A stretch of 64,000 bases of DNA from Terriglobia bacterium. Lineage in GTDB: Bacteria; Acidobacteriota; Terriglobia; JAJPHL01; JAPKYU01. Location of the stretch: contig CBDCVK010000010.1 of assembly GCA_965223005.1 (NCBI GenBank), positions 1,152,001 through 1,216,000 on the forward strand. Reading direction: 5' to 3'. The notes below the pieces were generated by a model. That model was not told the origin of the DNA and made no database searches. It saw only the letters and a list, made by a program, of their open reading frames with translations. Made by a program: the position numbers and the translations under genes. Shown here in pieces: positions 1-9,680 of the stretch (position 1 is the stretch's first letter; each line of letters opens with the position of its first letter).

Positions 1-2
1 CG

Positions 3-251
3 CGGCGCGTCATTGTGGCCATGGAGCACACCACCAAGGACGGCGCGCCAAAGATTCTGCGCAAGTGTACGCTGCCGCTGACCGGGGTGGGAGTCGTGGA
101 CACGATTGTCACCGAGCTGGGCCTCATTCAAGTTACCAAGGAGGGACTGGTGCTCGAAGAGGTGGCCGAAGGAGTTACGCCCGAGCAGGTGAAGCAGGCG
201 ACAGAAGCGCCTTTGCAAGTCAGCCCGAATCTCAAGAAAATGGAGGGGTGA
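3..251 (+). CDS. 3-oxoacid/acetoacetate CoA-transferase subunit B, C-terminal part (truncated by window start)
   Basis: Motifs [13 protein letters not shown] and [18 protein letters not shown] typical of ScoB/AtoA; directly upstream of a thiolase. Confidence 0.85.
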   Translation, partial: RRVIVAMEHTTKDGAPKILRKCTLPLTGVGVVDTIVTELGLIQVTKEGLVLEEVAEGVTPEQVKQATEAPLQVSPNLKKMEG

Positions 252-261
252 GGGAGGGAGC

Positions 262-1446
262 ATGGAACGGGCAGTGATTGTCGGGGCGGCGCGCACCGCG
301 ATCGGCAATTTTGGCGGGGCGTTGAAGGAAGTCCCGGCGGTGGAGCTGGCGGCGCGGGTCGTGGAAGAAGCGCTGCGCCGGGCAGGGTTGGAGCCGGGCC
401 AGGTGAATGAAGTCATCATGGGCCACGTGCTGCAGGCGGGCGTGGGAATGAATCTGGCGCGCCAGGCGGCGGTGAAGGCAGGCATCCCCATCGAGGTGCC
501 CTCCTACACGGTGAACAAGGTGTGCGGCTCAGGACTGAAGGCGGTAACGCTGGCGGCGCAGGCGATTGCCTGCGGCGACGCCGAGGTGGTGGTAGCCGGC
601 GGCGCGGAGTCTATGAGCGGGGCGCCCTATCTGCTGCAAGGGGGCCGATGGGGCTACCGGCTGGGCCACGGTGAGCTGCAGGATGCGTTGCTGGTGGACG
701 GGCTGACCTGCGCGATGACTGACTCCTGCCACATGGGGGTGACGGCGGAGAATATCGCCGCCCGTTACAGCATCGGGCGCGAGGCCCAGGATGCCTTTGC
801 GGCCTGCAGCCAGCAGCGAGCCGAGCAAGCCATTGCTGCCGGCAGGTTCACCGAGGAGATTGTGCCAGTGCCAGTGCCGGGCAAGAAGAAGGGGGAGGTG
901 CGGCAGTTCGCCACCGACGAGTTTCCTCGCGCGGGTACGACGGCAGAAGGACTGGCGAAGCTGCGGCCGGCGTTTCAGAAGCAGGGCACGGTGACGGCCG
1001 GCAACGCCTCGGGGATCAACGACGGAGCGGCGGCGCTGGTGCTGGTCTCGGAGAAGCGTGCGGCCCAGTTGGGCAGCGAGCCGTTGGGCACCCTGCGGGC
1101 CTACGCGGCCGCTGGAGTGCCGCCGGAGGTGATGGGGCTGGGGCCCATCCCGGCGGTGCGCCAAGCGCTAGCGCGGGCGGGCTGGAACAAGGACGAGGTG
1201 GAGCTGTTCGAGCTGAACGAGGCCTTTGCCGTTCAGTCGCTGGCCGTGCTGCAGGAGCTGGAACTGGCGAGCGATCGGGTGAACGTCAACGGGGGCGCCA
1301 TCGCCCTGGGCCATCCCATCGGCGCCAGCGGCGCCCGCATCCTGACCACACTGCTGTATGAGATGCGCCGCCGGGCGGCCCGCCGTGGCCTGGCTGCCCT
1401 GTGCATCGGCGGCGGCCAGGGCATTGCCGCCCTCATCGAACGATAA
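262..1446 (+). CDS. atoB: Acetyl-CoA C-acetyltransferase (thiolase II)
   Basis: NKVCGSG catalytic Cys, [18 protein letters not shown] and CIGGG motifs; 394 aa. Confidence 0.93.
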   Translation: MERAVIVGAARTAIGNFGGALKEVPAVELAARVVEEALRRAGLEPGQVNEVIMGHVLQAGVGMNLARQAAVKAGIPIEVPSYTVNKVCGSGLKAVTLAAQAIACGDAEVVVAGGAESMSGAPYLLQGGRWGYRLGHGELQDALLVDGLTCAMTDSCHMGVTAENIAARYSIGREAQDAFAACSQQRAEQAIAAGRFTEEIVPVPVPGKKKGEVRQFATDEFPRAGTTAEGLAKLRPAFQKQGTVTAGNASGINDGAAALVLVSEKRAAQLGSEPLGTLRAYAAAGVPPEVMGLGPIPAVRQALARAGWNKDEVELFELNEAFAVQSLAVLQELELASDRVNVNGGAIALGHPIGASGARILTTLLYEMRRRAARRGLAALCIGGGQGIAALIER

Positions 1447-1565
1447 GGAAGCTTCTGTGCGCTGCCAGCAAAGCTCTTGAATCCCCCCAGGAAACTTCCA
1501 TTGAAGTTCACGTGCCGGCTTCCGGGAGCACCCTTACAACCTTTTCGAGAGTTGGAAACACCGTG

Positions 1566-3272
1566 ATGCGCGTCGCCCTGGCAGCAATCATCGCGCTGCT
1601 GATTCTCCTCTGGCCTCTCGTCTTTCTCTCGGAAGGCATCCCGGGCGGGCTCTCGGAAGGCAGCTCCTGCGGGATTCATTTCGCCGATACCGCCCAGCAG
1701 GCCGGCATTCGGGCCCAGATGGTGTGCGGTGGGCCGGAGAAGAAATGGATTCCGGAGGCCAACGGCAGTGGCGCCGCGTGGCTGGACTACGATCGAGACG
1801 GGTGGATGGATCTGTTGATTGTCAACGGGTCCAGCATGGAGCGACTGCGGAAAGTTGTCTCGGGGAAAGCGCCTCCGCCTGCAAAGCACGGGGTTTATCT
1901 GTACCGCAACCTCGGCGAGGGCCGCTTTGAAGACGTCACAGCACGATCCGGGCTGGCCAATCCCTACTGGGGCACCGGCGCCAACGCCGCCGATTATGAC
2001 AACGATGGCGATCCCGACATCCTGGTCACCACGATCGGGTTGGACCTGCTGTTCCGGAACAATGGCGACGGCACCTTCACCGAGGTGGGCAAGGCCGCTG
2101 GCCTGAGCCGGGCCGTGGCTTGGCACACCGGCAGTGCCTTCGGCGATTACGACAATGATGGCCACCTGGACCTGTACGTGGTTGGCTATGTGGATATCGC
2201 GGCGCTTCTCAAAGCTGACGCGCCACCGGTCTGCCAGTGGAAAGGCCTGCCGGTGTTTTGCGGGCCCATGGGCCTGAAAGGCGAGCGCGATATCCTCTAC
2301 CGCAACAACGGCGACGGAACCTTCACCGATGTCACCCGGCGAGCCGGCGTTGAAGACTCGGGCGCGTTTCAGGGCTTCACGGCGGTTTTTGAGGACTTTA
2401 ACCAGGACGGGCGATTGGACATTTTTGTGGCCAATGACTCGGTCCCGAATTATCTGTATTTGAACCAGGAAAACGGCACTTTCCGGGAATCGGCCCTGGC
2501 GGCCGGTGTCGCGGTGGATGGAGATGGCGCATCCCAAGCGGACATGGGTGTCGCCGTTGGCGACTACGATAGCGACGGCAAAGTGGACCTGCTGACGACC
2601 ACCTTCGAGGACGGTTACTTCCCGCTGTTCAAACAAGGCCCGGCCGGCTTTTTCCTGGACGTTTCCTACCGGGTGGGACTCACCATACCGACGACTCCCC
2701 TTCTCGGCTGGGGATGCGGCTTTTCGGACCTGGATAACGATGGAGACAAGGATCTGTGGTTGGCTAGTGGGCATATCTATCCCGGGATCGAGCGTGTCTC
2801 CCATACCAGCTACTCCCAGCCATTTCTCGTGTTTGAGAACCGCGCGGGCAAGTTTGTCCAGGTGTTCAGTTTTCCCTCCAAGCTCGAGCACTCCCTCCGC
2901 GGCGCCAGTGCCGGGGACTTCGATAACGATGGGAAGACTGATATCGCGCTGCTGCCAGTCAGCGGCTCACCGGTCCTGCTGACAAATCGCACCGCCGGCG
3001 GATCGTCCTGGATCGGCTTCACGCTCAAAGGCAGGCAAAGCAACGGGGAAGCCATCGGTGCGCGCATTCGCCTGGAAGCATGCGGGCAGATCCAGTACGA
3101 CTCGATCCGCAATGCAACCGGCTACCTTTCCCGCGACGACCCACGGCCCCGGTTTGGCCTCGGCGACTGCACCAAGATTGGCAAGGTGGCCGTGACCTGG
3201 CCGCGGGGTCAAGTCCAGGTGCTCACCGATCTGCAGGTCAACCGATATATCAGCCTGGAAGAACCACACTGA
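1566..3272 (+). CDS. CRTAC1-family FG-GAP/VCBS repeat protein with C-terminal ASPIC/UnbV domain, secreted
   Basis: Repeated DYDNDGxxD loops and NNGDGTFTDV; C-terminal AIGARI...RFGLG; hydrophobic N-terminus from ATG 1566. Confidence 0.85.
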   Translation: MRVALAAIIALLILLWPLVFLSEGIPGGLSEGSSCGIHFADTAQQAGIRAQMVCGGPEKKWIPEANGSGAAWLDYDRDGWMDLLIVNGSSMERLRKVVSGKAPPPAKHGVYLYRNLGEGRFEDVTARSGLANPYWGTGANAADYDNDGDPDILVTTIGLDLLFRNNGDGTFTEVGKAAGLSRAVAWHTGSAFGDYDNDGHLDLYVVGYVDIAALLKADAPPVCQWKGLPVFCGPMGLKGERDILYRNNGDGTFTDVTRRAGVEDSGAFQGFTAVFEDFNQDGRLDIFVANDSVPNYLYLNQENGTFRESALAAGVAVDGDGASQADMGVAVGDYDSDGKVDLLTTTFEDGYFPLFKQGPAGFFLDVSYRVGLTIPTTPLLGWGCGFSDLDNDGDKDLWLASGHIYPGIERVSHTSYSQPFLVFENRAGKFVQVFSFPSKLEHSLRGASAGDFDNDGKTDIALLPVSGSPVLLTNRTAGGSSWIGFTLKGRQSNGEAIGARIRLEACGQIQYDSIRNATGYLSRDDPRPRFGLGDCTKIGKVAVTWPRGQVQVLTDLQVNRYISLEEPH

Positions 3273-3276
3273 TTTC

Positions 3277-3309
3277 CTGCGCTGCACGCTCCCTGCGCGT
3301 GCAGCGCAG
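3277..3309. repeat. Perfect 13-bp inverted repeat (hairpin) just after the CRTAC1 gene
   Basis: CTGCGCTGCACGC-tccctgc-GCGTGCAGCGCAG; no U-tract follows, so not a classical intrinsic terminator. Confidence 0.6.
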
Positions 3310-3418
3310 CGGTTGGCGCGCCCCGACTCCGGCCCATGTCTGCTTCATGCCTCGAAATCATGGAGATTCCAGTAGCTGGTGGTGTACACTCGCTCCGATT
3401 TCTTCGCAGGAAAACAAT

Positions 3419-4384
3419 TTGAAAATCTTTCTCACTGGCGGAACCGGTCTCGTGGGTAGCAACGTCCTCAAAGTAGCGCGCGAAAAATACGATGTGGAGA
3501 TGGTCGCGTCTCTGTTCCAGCGGCGGCCGGAAGTCGACTGGGGTTGCGAGACGGTCCAGCTGGACCTCGAGGACTTCACCTCAATCCGCAAAGCCGTCGA
3601 GGCTCACAAACCGGATGCTGTGATCCACTGCGCCCAACCCCGAGATGAGGCCGGAATGGAGGTTGACCATGAGTGGAACTGGGCCCTGTTGGTCACAGCC
3701 ACTCGTGTCTTGGCCGAGGTCTGCCGCGATGTGGACGCCAAGCTCATATTTGTCTCGAGCGATTGGATCTTTGGAAATGGCGGCAAGCCGCCCTACCGCG
3801 AGGAAAGCGCACCCTGCCCGGCCTCCTACTTTGGCCTGTTGAAGATGGTCGGCGAGACCGTTGTTTCGACCGTCTGCCCGAACCACGCCGTTGCGCGCAC
3901 CTCGGGGGTCTACGGACCGATGTGGTCCTATCCCAACTACGAGCCCGAAGAAGAGGGATCCGGTTTCGGCTGGCTGCCCAACTACTATGTCTCTCGCTTG
4001 AAGCGAGGCAAACCGGTTGCGGCCTGGACCGACCACATCAACGTGTGGGCGAACCCGTCCTTGGCAAGCGACGTTGCGGATACTTTCTTGACGATCGCGC
4101 ACCAGGACCAACGCGGTACTTTCCATTGTTGTGGTCGGGAGGGAGCTAGCCGGCTAGAGCTGGCGAAGGCGGTTGCCGACGTTTTTGGTTTTGATCAGGA
4201 AATGGTGCGAGCAGCCTCATCCGAAGAAATGGACATCAGAAACATAGCGGGGCCTCCGGCTCCGCGAGACAGCAGGGTAGCCGTAGAGAGCACCGAGGCC
4301 CGGCTCCGACGCACGAACCTGGGGTTCGGCGAGGGGCTCAAACAATACCGGCACCAGCTAGAGGAGATCGGAACTTTAAGCTGA
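3419..4384 (+). CDS. Extended SDR, RfbD/RmlD-like NAD(P)-dependent sugar reductase/epimerase
   Basis: KIFLTGGTGLVG Rossmann motif; PDAVIHCA; FVSSDWIF; FGLLK in place of the YxxxK motif; probable TTG start. Confidence 0.75.
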   Translation: MKIFLTGGTGLVGSNVLKVAREKYDVEMVASLFQRRPEVDWGCETVQLDLEDFTSIRKAVEAHKPDAVIHCAQPRDEAGMEVDHEWNWALLVTATRVLAEVCRDVDAKLIFVSSDWIFGNGGKPPYREESAPCPASYFGLLKMVGETVVSTVCPNHAVARTSGVYGPMWSYPNYEPEEEGSGFGWLPNYYVSRLKRGKPVAAWTDHINVWANPSLASDVADTFLTIAHQDQRGTFHCCGREGASRLELAKAVADVFGFDQEMVRAASSEEMDIRNIAGPPAPRDSRVAVESTEARLRRTNLGFGEGLKQYRHQLEEIGTLS

Positions 4385-4443
4385 GAAATACTGAGGTCTT
4401 CGGCAGACCGCAAAATAGTTAGACGACTGGAGAAAACTTAACC

Positions 4444-5748
4444 ATGAAAAGCAAATTGGCGAAAGGCAAATTGGCAATCCATGGCGGCAAGCCTACCGTC
4501 CCAGAAGCGCTGAAGAAAAGATGGCCCCATATCACCCAGGAGGACAAGGACGCTGTTCTGGGTGTCCTGGAACGCAACGTCTTCACCGGCGAGGAGCATG
4601 GCCCTGAGACGGCGGCTCTGGAGCGGGAATGGGCCGAGTTCACCGGAAGTAAACATGCCATGGCTTTCAATACCGGCACGGCATCTATCCATACGGCGTT
4701 GTTCGCCGCTGGCGTACGCCCAGGCGATGAGGTCATCACCACCGCCTTCTCTTTCGGCGGAACATTCCAGCCCATTCTCCAGCAACATGCCATCCCCATC
4801 TTTGTGGATATCGACCCCCGCACCTACAACATCGACGCGAGCCAGATAGAGAGCAAGATTACCGACAAGACTAAGGTGCTACTGCCGGTCCACATGCACG
4901 GGCTCCCCGCGGATATGGACGAAATCCTGGCGCTGGCCAAGAAACACAACCTCATCGTGGTCGAGGACGCCTGCCAGGCTCACGGGGCTACCTACAAAGG
5001 GCGGATGGCCGGGACTATTGGCGATATTGGCTGCTTCAGCCTCAACGCAAGTAAGAACCTCCCCGCAGGTGAGGGTGGACTGTTCACTACACAGAAAGAG
5101 GAATTCGTCCAGCGGGCAAAGTTGCTCCGCACGTTTGGCGAGATAGTGGGGCGGGAAAAGGAAAAATTTCGTCCCTACTACTGCCACAGCATCGGTTGGA
5201 ACTACCGCTGCCAGGAGTTGCCGGCCGCCCTAACTCGCAGCCAGTTGAAGCGGTTGCCACACTATAACGCCATAGGCCAGCGCAACGCGCAGTATCTGGA
5301 CAAAGAACTGAGCAAGATCAAGGGGCTGATCCCGCCTCACGTCCCCGCCGACCGCACCACCGTGTACCACAAGTATCGGATCCGCTTCGACCCCAAGGTT
5401 CTGGGTCTGAGCATCCCGGCTACCGAATTTCGAGACAAGCTGGTGGACGCCCTGCGTGCGGAGGGAATGGCTGCCAACCTCTGGCACTACAAGCCGCTGC
5501 CCAGCTATCCCATCTTCCAAAAACTCGATGTGGGACTGGGTGACGGTTATCCTTGGAGCTCTCCTCTCTACGGAAGGAAGATCAGCTACAAGCCGGAAGA
5601 ATATCCACGGGCAACCGAACTCTTGAACATGTCTCTTGTCGTGAATGATGAGCGGAATCCCATCTTTGTCCAAGATATGGAGTTAATGGAGCACTACGTA
5701 GCTGCTTTCCGCAAAGTCTTTGAGAACTTGGATGAGGTGGTGGCCTGA
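4444..5748 (+). CDS. DegT/DnrJ/EryC1/StrS PLP-dependent aminotransferase
   Basis: GDEVIT, VEDACQAHG, SLNASKNLPAGEGG (PLP Lys), GWNYR. Confidence 0.9.
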   Translation: MKSKLAKGKLAIHGGKPTVPEALKKRWPHITQEDKDAVLGVLERNVFTGEEHGPETAALEREWAEFTGSKHAMAFNTGTASIHTALFAAGVRPGDEVITTAFSFGGTFQPILQQHAIPIFVDIDPRTYNIDASQIESKITDKTKVLLPVHMHGLPADMDEILALAKKHNLIVVEDACQAHGATYKGRMAGTIGDIGCFSLNASKNLPAGEGGLFTTQKEEFVQRAKLLRTFGEIVGREKEKFRPYYCHSIGWNYRCQELPAALTRSQLKRLPHYNAIGQRNAQYLDKELSKIKGLIPPHVPADRTTVYHKYRIRFDPKVLGLSIPATEFRDKLVDALRAEGMAANLWHYKPLPSYPIFQKLDVGLGDGYPWSSPLYGRKISYKPEEYPRATELLNMSLVVNDERNPIFVQDMELMEHYVAAFRKVFENLDEVVA

Positions 5749-5822
5749 CTTCCCGATAAGGCCGTGTTCCTGTCTATCGTAAGCTCGGGCGCGAGGCGCG
5801 CTTCGGGTGGTAATATGGAGAC

Positions 5823-6209
5823 ATGGGACTCAAATTCGCTTCGACGCTGGGTATGCTGCTGCTGGTGCTGGCTGCCGGAGCTGCGGCCCACGAAAAACAT
5901 GCAAAGAAAAACGCCGCGGCGGAGCAGACGATCACCGGCGAGGTCATTGATACCTCCTGCTACCTCCAGCACGGCAACAGTACCGGCGAACCGCATCGCG
6001 CCTGCGCATTGGAATGCGCTAGGCAGGGCGTACCGTTGGGGCTGCTGACCTCTTCCGGAACCATCTACCTCCCGATTGCCATGACCCACAAGGATGCCTA
6101 TAACAAGCCTCTGCTGCCTTACGCTGGCAGGAAGGTCCGCGTCAAAGGACGCGTGCTCATCAAAGGAGGTTTTCGAGGCATCGTGATCAAGTCGGTCGAG
6201 TCGCTCTAA
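5823..6209 (+). CDS. Secreted hypothetical protein with Cys/His motif (OB-fold-like)
   Basis: Signal peptide; GEVIDTSCYL...H.ACALEC..GVPLGLL...GRKVRVKG pattern. Confidence 0.65.
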   Translation: MGLKFASTLGMLLLVLAAGAAAHEKHAKKNAAAEQTITGEVIDTSCYLQHGNSTGEPHRACALECARQGVPLGLLTSSGTIYLPIAMTHKDAYNKPLLPYAGRKVRVKGRVLIKGGFRGIVIKSVESL

Positions 6210-6291
6210 TAGGCTTCTGAAAGACTCCAAGCTTCGCCAGGCCATCCGGACTTTGCCAAGCCATCCAGACTTTGCAGGATAAGATGGGCCC

Positions 6292-7281
6292 GTGCGGAAA
6301 GTCCTGCTGGACGTGGACACAGGGGTTGACGACGCGCTGGCGTTAATCTTCGCGCTACGCTCACCGGAGTTGGACGTGCGAGCGATCACCACAGTGGCCG
6401 GCAACATCGAGGTGGACAGCGTGCTGCGCAACACGCTGCTGCTGCTGGACGTGCTCCAGGCCCCGCCCATCCCCGTGGCGCGAGGTGCCGATCAGCCGCT
6501 GGTTCGACCCCTGGTCACCGCCGAGGACGTGCATGGCGCCGACGGGTTGGGCAACGCCACTACGGTCTATCCGCCGCCGCGCCGCGGCCCGTGTAACCAA
6601 GACGCGACCGAATTGATCCTCTCCACCATCGCTGCCGAACGCGAGCAGCTCACCCTGGTGGCCACCGGGCCGCTTACCAACCTGGCACGCGCCCTGGAGG
6701 CCGACCCGGCCACCTTTCGCTTGCTGGGAAGACTAGTGGTGATGGGTGGGGCCTTCCGCACCGCAGGCAACACTGGTCCGGCAGCCGAGTTCAACTTCTT
6801 CTGCGATCCGGAAGCGGCCCGAGCGGTGTTTCAAGTGGGGCTGCAAGTAACCCTCGTTCCCCTGGACGTCAGCGAACGCGCCGTGTTGCCGCGCGCCACT
6901 CTGCGCGCGCTCAGTCAGCAACGCGACTCTTCGGTATTCCAGTTTGTCCGCGAATTCACCGTGCTGTGGTTTGACTACCATCGGGAAGTCGCCGGCATGG
7001 AGGGTGGCTACCTGCACGACCCTCTGGCGGTGGCTGCTGCCGCTCTCCCTGACCTGCTCCGTACCGTCCACACTCGCGTCAGCGTGGAGACGGCTGGCGA
7101 GTTCACCGCGGGCATGACGGTGGCCGACTTGCGCGGGCACAAACCGGGGCCGGAGGTGCTGGCGCGCTTCGGCGGCGAGGCGGCTCAGGGCGGACCCTAC
7201 GGGCCTCCGAATGCCCACGTAGCTATGGACGCCGACGTTCCGCGCTTCCTCGATTTATTCTACGAGCGCGTCTGCCGCTAA
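6292..7281 (+). CDS. Inosine-uridine-preferring nucleoside hydrolase family protein
   Basis: DVDTGVDDA Ca-binding motif, TGPLTNLA, AEFNFFCDPEAA, LHDPLAV. Confidence 0.92.
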   Translation: MRKVLLDVDTGVDDALALIFALRSPELDVRAITTVAGNIEVDSVLRNTLLLLDVLQAPPIPVARGADQPLVRPLVTAEDVHGADGLGNATTVYPPPRRGPCNQDATELILSTIAAEREQLTLVATGPLTNLARALEADPATFRLLGRLVVMGGAFRTAGNTGPAAEFNFFCDPEAARAVFQVGLQVTLVPLDVSERAVLPRATLRALSQQRDSSVFQFVREFTVLWFDYHREVAGMEGGYLHDPLAVAAAALPDLLRTVHTRVSVETAGEFTAGMTVADLRGHKPGPEVLARFGGEAAQGGPYGPPNAHVAMDADVPRFLDLFYERVCR

Positions 7282-7318
7282 TTCAAGCCGTGGGGAACAC
7301 AGGGACTGGGATTCAGAT

Positions 7319-9514
7319 TCAGTTCGTGCCTTTACCCTTCTTACGTGTGGTCACCATGGTTTGCTTGCCGGGACTAAGTTGCCAGAGGAGAAAGCCCAGC
7401 TCATCGGCGACGTCTTCAATGGTCTTGCTCACCGGGCGCCCGCCGGAATGGCCGGCCGTGGTCTCGTAGCGCAGCAGCACGGGCCGCTCCGAGCCAGTCG
7501 CCGCCTGAAGCAGCGCCGTCATTTTGCGGGCGTGCAGCGGATCCACGCGCGTGTCTCCATCCCCGGTAACGAACAGCACGGCCGGGTACTTCACGCCCGG
7601 CTTAACCCGGTGGTAAGGCGAGTAGGCGTGCAGGTACTTGAATTGCTCCGACTTGTCTGAGGAGCCATACTCAGAAACCCAGAAGCGGGCCACCAGGAAG
7701 TTTTGGTAGCGCACCATGTCCAGCAGCGGATAGCCGCACACCACGGCCTGGAACAGCTCTGGGCGCTGGGTGAGCGCCGCGCCCACCAGCAGCCCGCCGT
7801 TGCTGCGGCCGCCGATGGCCAACTTTGAGGGCCGCGTGTAGCCGTTGCGGATCAGCCACTCGGCGGCAGAGATGAAGTCGTCGAACACGTTCTGCTTCTT
7901 CTCGAGCATCCCCGCCTTGTGCCACTGCTCGCCAAATTCGCCGCCCCCGCGCAGGTTGGGCAATGCGTAGACGCCGCCATTCTCGGCCCACAGGACGGCG
8001 CTGGCGGAGAACCTCGGGGTACGGCTGATGTTGAACCCCCCGTAGCCGGTCAGCAATGTTGGATTCGACCCGTCGGGCTTGAGCCCCTTGGCGTGCAACA
8101 TAAACATCGGCACCCAGGTCTTATCCTTGGACTGGTACCAGACCTGGCGGAGTTCCAGTTTGTCGCTTTCCACCGGAATCTCGAGGCGCGCCCAGACCTC
8201 GCGCCGTAGTTTCCTGACGTCGTAGCGGTAAATGGTCGAAGGGATATGGAAGGAGCTGAAAGCAAAGAAGGCTTCCCGGCTTTCCCATCGGCCGCCAACC
8301 TCGCTAACGGAACCGACGGCGGGGAACGCAATGTCGGCGGTGTGCTCGCCATCGGGCTCAAAAACTTTCACACGTGACTTGACGTTCTCCAGGTAGTTGA
8401 CAAATACCTTTCCCCCGGCGAGAGAAACATCCTCAATGACCGCATCACTTTCCGGGATGATCTCGCGCCATCTCTCCCGCGCGGGATTTTTCAGCTCAAC
8501 CGCTAGAATCCGCCCCTTGGGTGCCTTCCAGTTGGTGTGCAGGAAGAGCTGTTCGCCACCGAGCTCCCCCCAAAACTTGGCGTCAATATCATTGACTACC
8601 GGCACGATGGGCCCCTGTTGGGCCGTGTCCTGCCCCTGTTGGACCAAGTCCTGGTAGTAAATTTCTGTCCGGAGCGCTGAGGAGCCGTGCACCACGTGAA
8701 TGAGCAGATGGCGCCCATCTTCGGAGAGAGTGGCGAAACTGATCTTTTCCGGCCCGTACCCCTTGCCGAAAATTTCCCGGTCGTCGGCCGGATCTTTCCC
8801 CATTGCGTGGTAGTAGACCCGCGGACCCTCGGCGCCGAAGCGCGTGTAATAAAAGCCGCTGTTGTCGGGCTTTAGTGCAACGCCGAAATAGCGTGCCTTC
8901 GGCAGCCGGTCCCGTAAGTCTTTTCGCGTCTCTACATCGAGCAGCTTGATGGCGATCTCATCCTCGCCGCCCTGCCGGACTCCGTATGCCAGCAGGGTGC
9001 CATCGCGAGAGACCGCCTCCAGATTCACGCTGGTTGTACGATCCGGGCTCATCGGGTGTGGGTCAATCAGCACCTGGTCTTCGCCCTTGAGCCCTTTCCT
9101 CATGTAAATGACAAACAGCTCCTGATCGGCCAGCCGTTTGGAGAAGAAATAGCGCCCGTTTCGCTCCCGGGGCGTGCGAAAGACGTCGACCTTCAGCAGT
9201 TCGGTGAGCCGTTGCATGCGCTGCTGCCTGCCCGGCAGCGAACGCAAGGTGGGTCGAGAGTACTCATTCTGCGCCGCAATCCAGGCGCGCGTCTCCGGGC
9301 TGTTTTGGTTTTCCAGCCAGCGGTAGGGGTCCACCAGCTCGATTCCGTGGAGCACCTCCCGGACGTTATCCCGGCGGGTCTTGGGCGGCTTCTTGAGGTC
9401 AGTCTGCTGCCCCCAGGCCATGTAAGCGAGCAGCACCGCCACAAGCGGCAATAGCCAAAGCTCGATGCCGAGCGAGCAAGCTGGAGCGATTCTCCTTCTG
9501 GCAACCTTGAGCAT
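7319..9514 (-). CDS. Prolyl oligopeptidase (S9A), probably exported
   Basis: DPYRWLE, GRSNGGLL (Ser), DTRV (Asp), GHSG (His). Confidence 0.92.
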   Translation of the reverse strand: MLKVARRRIAPACSLGIELWLLPLVAVLLAYMAWGQQTDLKKPPKTRRDNVREVLHGIELVDPYRWLENQNSPETRAWIAAQNEYSRPTLRSLPGRQQRMQRLTELLKVDVFRTPRERNGRYFFSKRLADQELFVIYMRKGLKGEDQVLIDPHPMSPDRTTSVNLEAVSRDGTLLAYGVRQGGEDEIAIKLLDVETRKDLRDRLPKARYFGVALKPDNSGFYYTRFGAEGPRVYYHAMGKDPADDREIFGKGYGPEKISFATLSEDGRHLLIHVVHGSSALRTEIYYQDLVQQGQDTAQQGPIVPVVNDIDAKFWGELGGEQLFLHTNWKAPKGRILAVELKNPARERWREIIPESDAVIEDVSLAGGKVFVNYLENVKSRVKVFEPDGEHTADIAFPAVGSVSEVGGRWESREAFFAFSSFHIPSTIYRYDVRKLRREVWARLEIPVESDKLELRQVWYQSKDKTWVPMFMLHAKGLKPDGSNPTLLTGYGGFNISRTPRFSASAVLWAENGGVYALPNLRGGGEFGEQWHKAGMLEKKQNVFDDFISAAEWLIRNGYTRPSKLAIGGRSNGGLLVGAALTQRPELFQAVVCGYPLLDMVRYQNFLVARFWVSEYGSSDKSEQFKYLHAYSPYHRVKPGVKYPAVLFVTGDGDTRVDPLHARKMTALLQAATGSERPVLLRYETTAGHSGGRPVSKTIEDVADELGFLLWQLSPGKQTMVTTRKKGKGTN

Positions 9515-9583
9515 TGCGACTCCGGTTTGGAACGTTTGGTCGGCAAGTAGAGCCTAACAGGCCGCTGGAGAATCGGCTACCTT

Positions 9584-9679
9584 GTCATTCCGGGCGAAGC
9601 AAGGAATCTGCTCTCAACCTTGGTTGCTTTCTGGCAAGCGGATTCCTCAGGGCCGACGTCCTTTGTCGGCCCAAGGAAT
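9584..9679. repeat. REP-like nested palindromic intergenic element
   Basis: GTCATTCC..GCGAAGCAAGGAATCT head; AGGAATCTGCT (9602-9612) pairs with AGCGGATTCCT (9637-9647); GGGCCGAC/GTCGGCCC (9650-9672). Confidence 0.5.
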
Positions 9680-9680
9680 A

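Noticed and set aside
1233-2891. Long antisense ORFs (e.g. 552 aa here; also 39699-41228, 12113-13321, 26310-27230)
   Set aside because: Shadow frames of well-supported genes in high-GC DNA, with no recognisable motifs.
8621-8655. 21-bp-period near-duplication in the prolyl oligopeptidase gene (QQGQDTAQQG)
   Set aside because: A small in-frame loop insertion with no evident significance.
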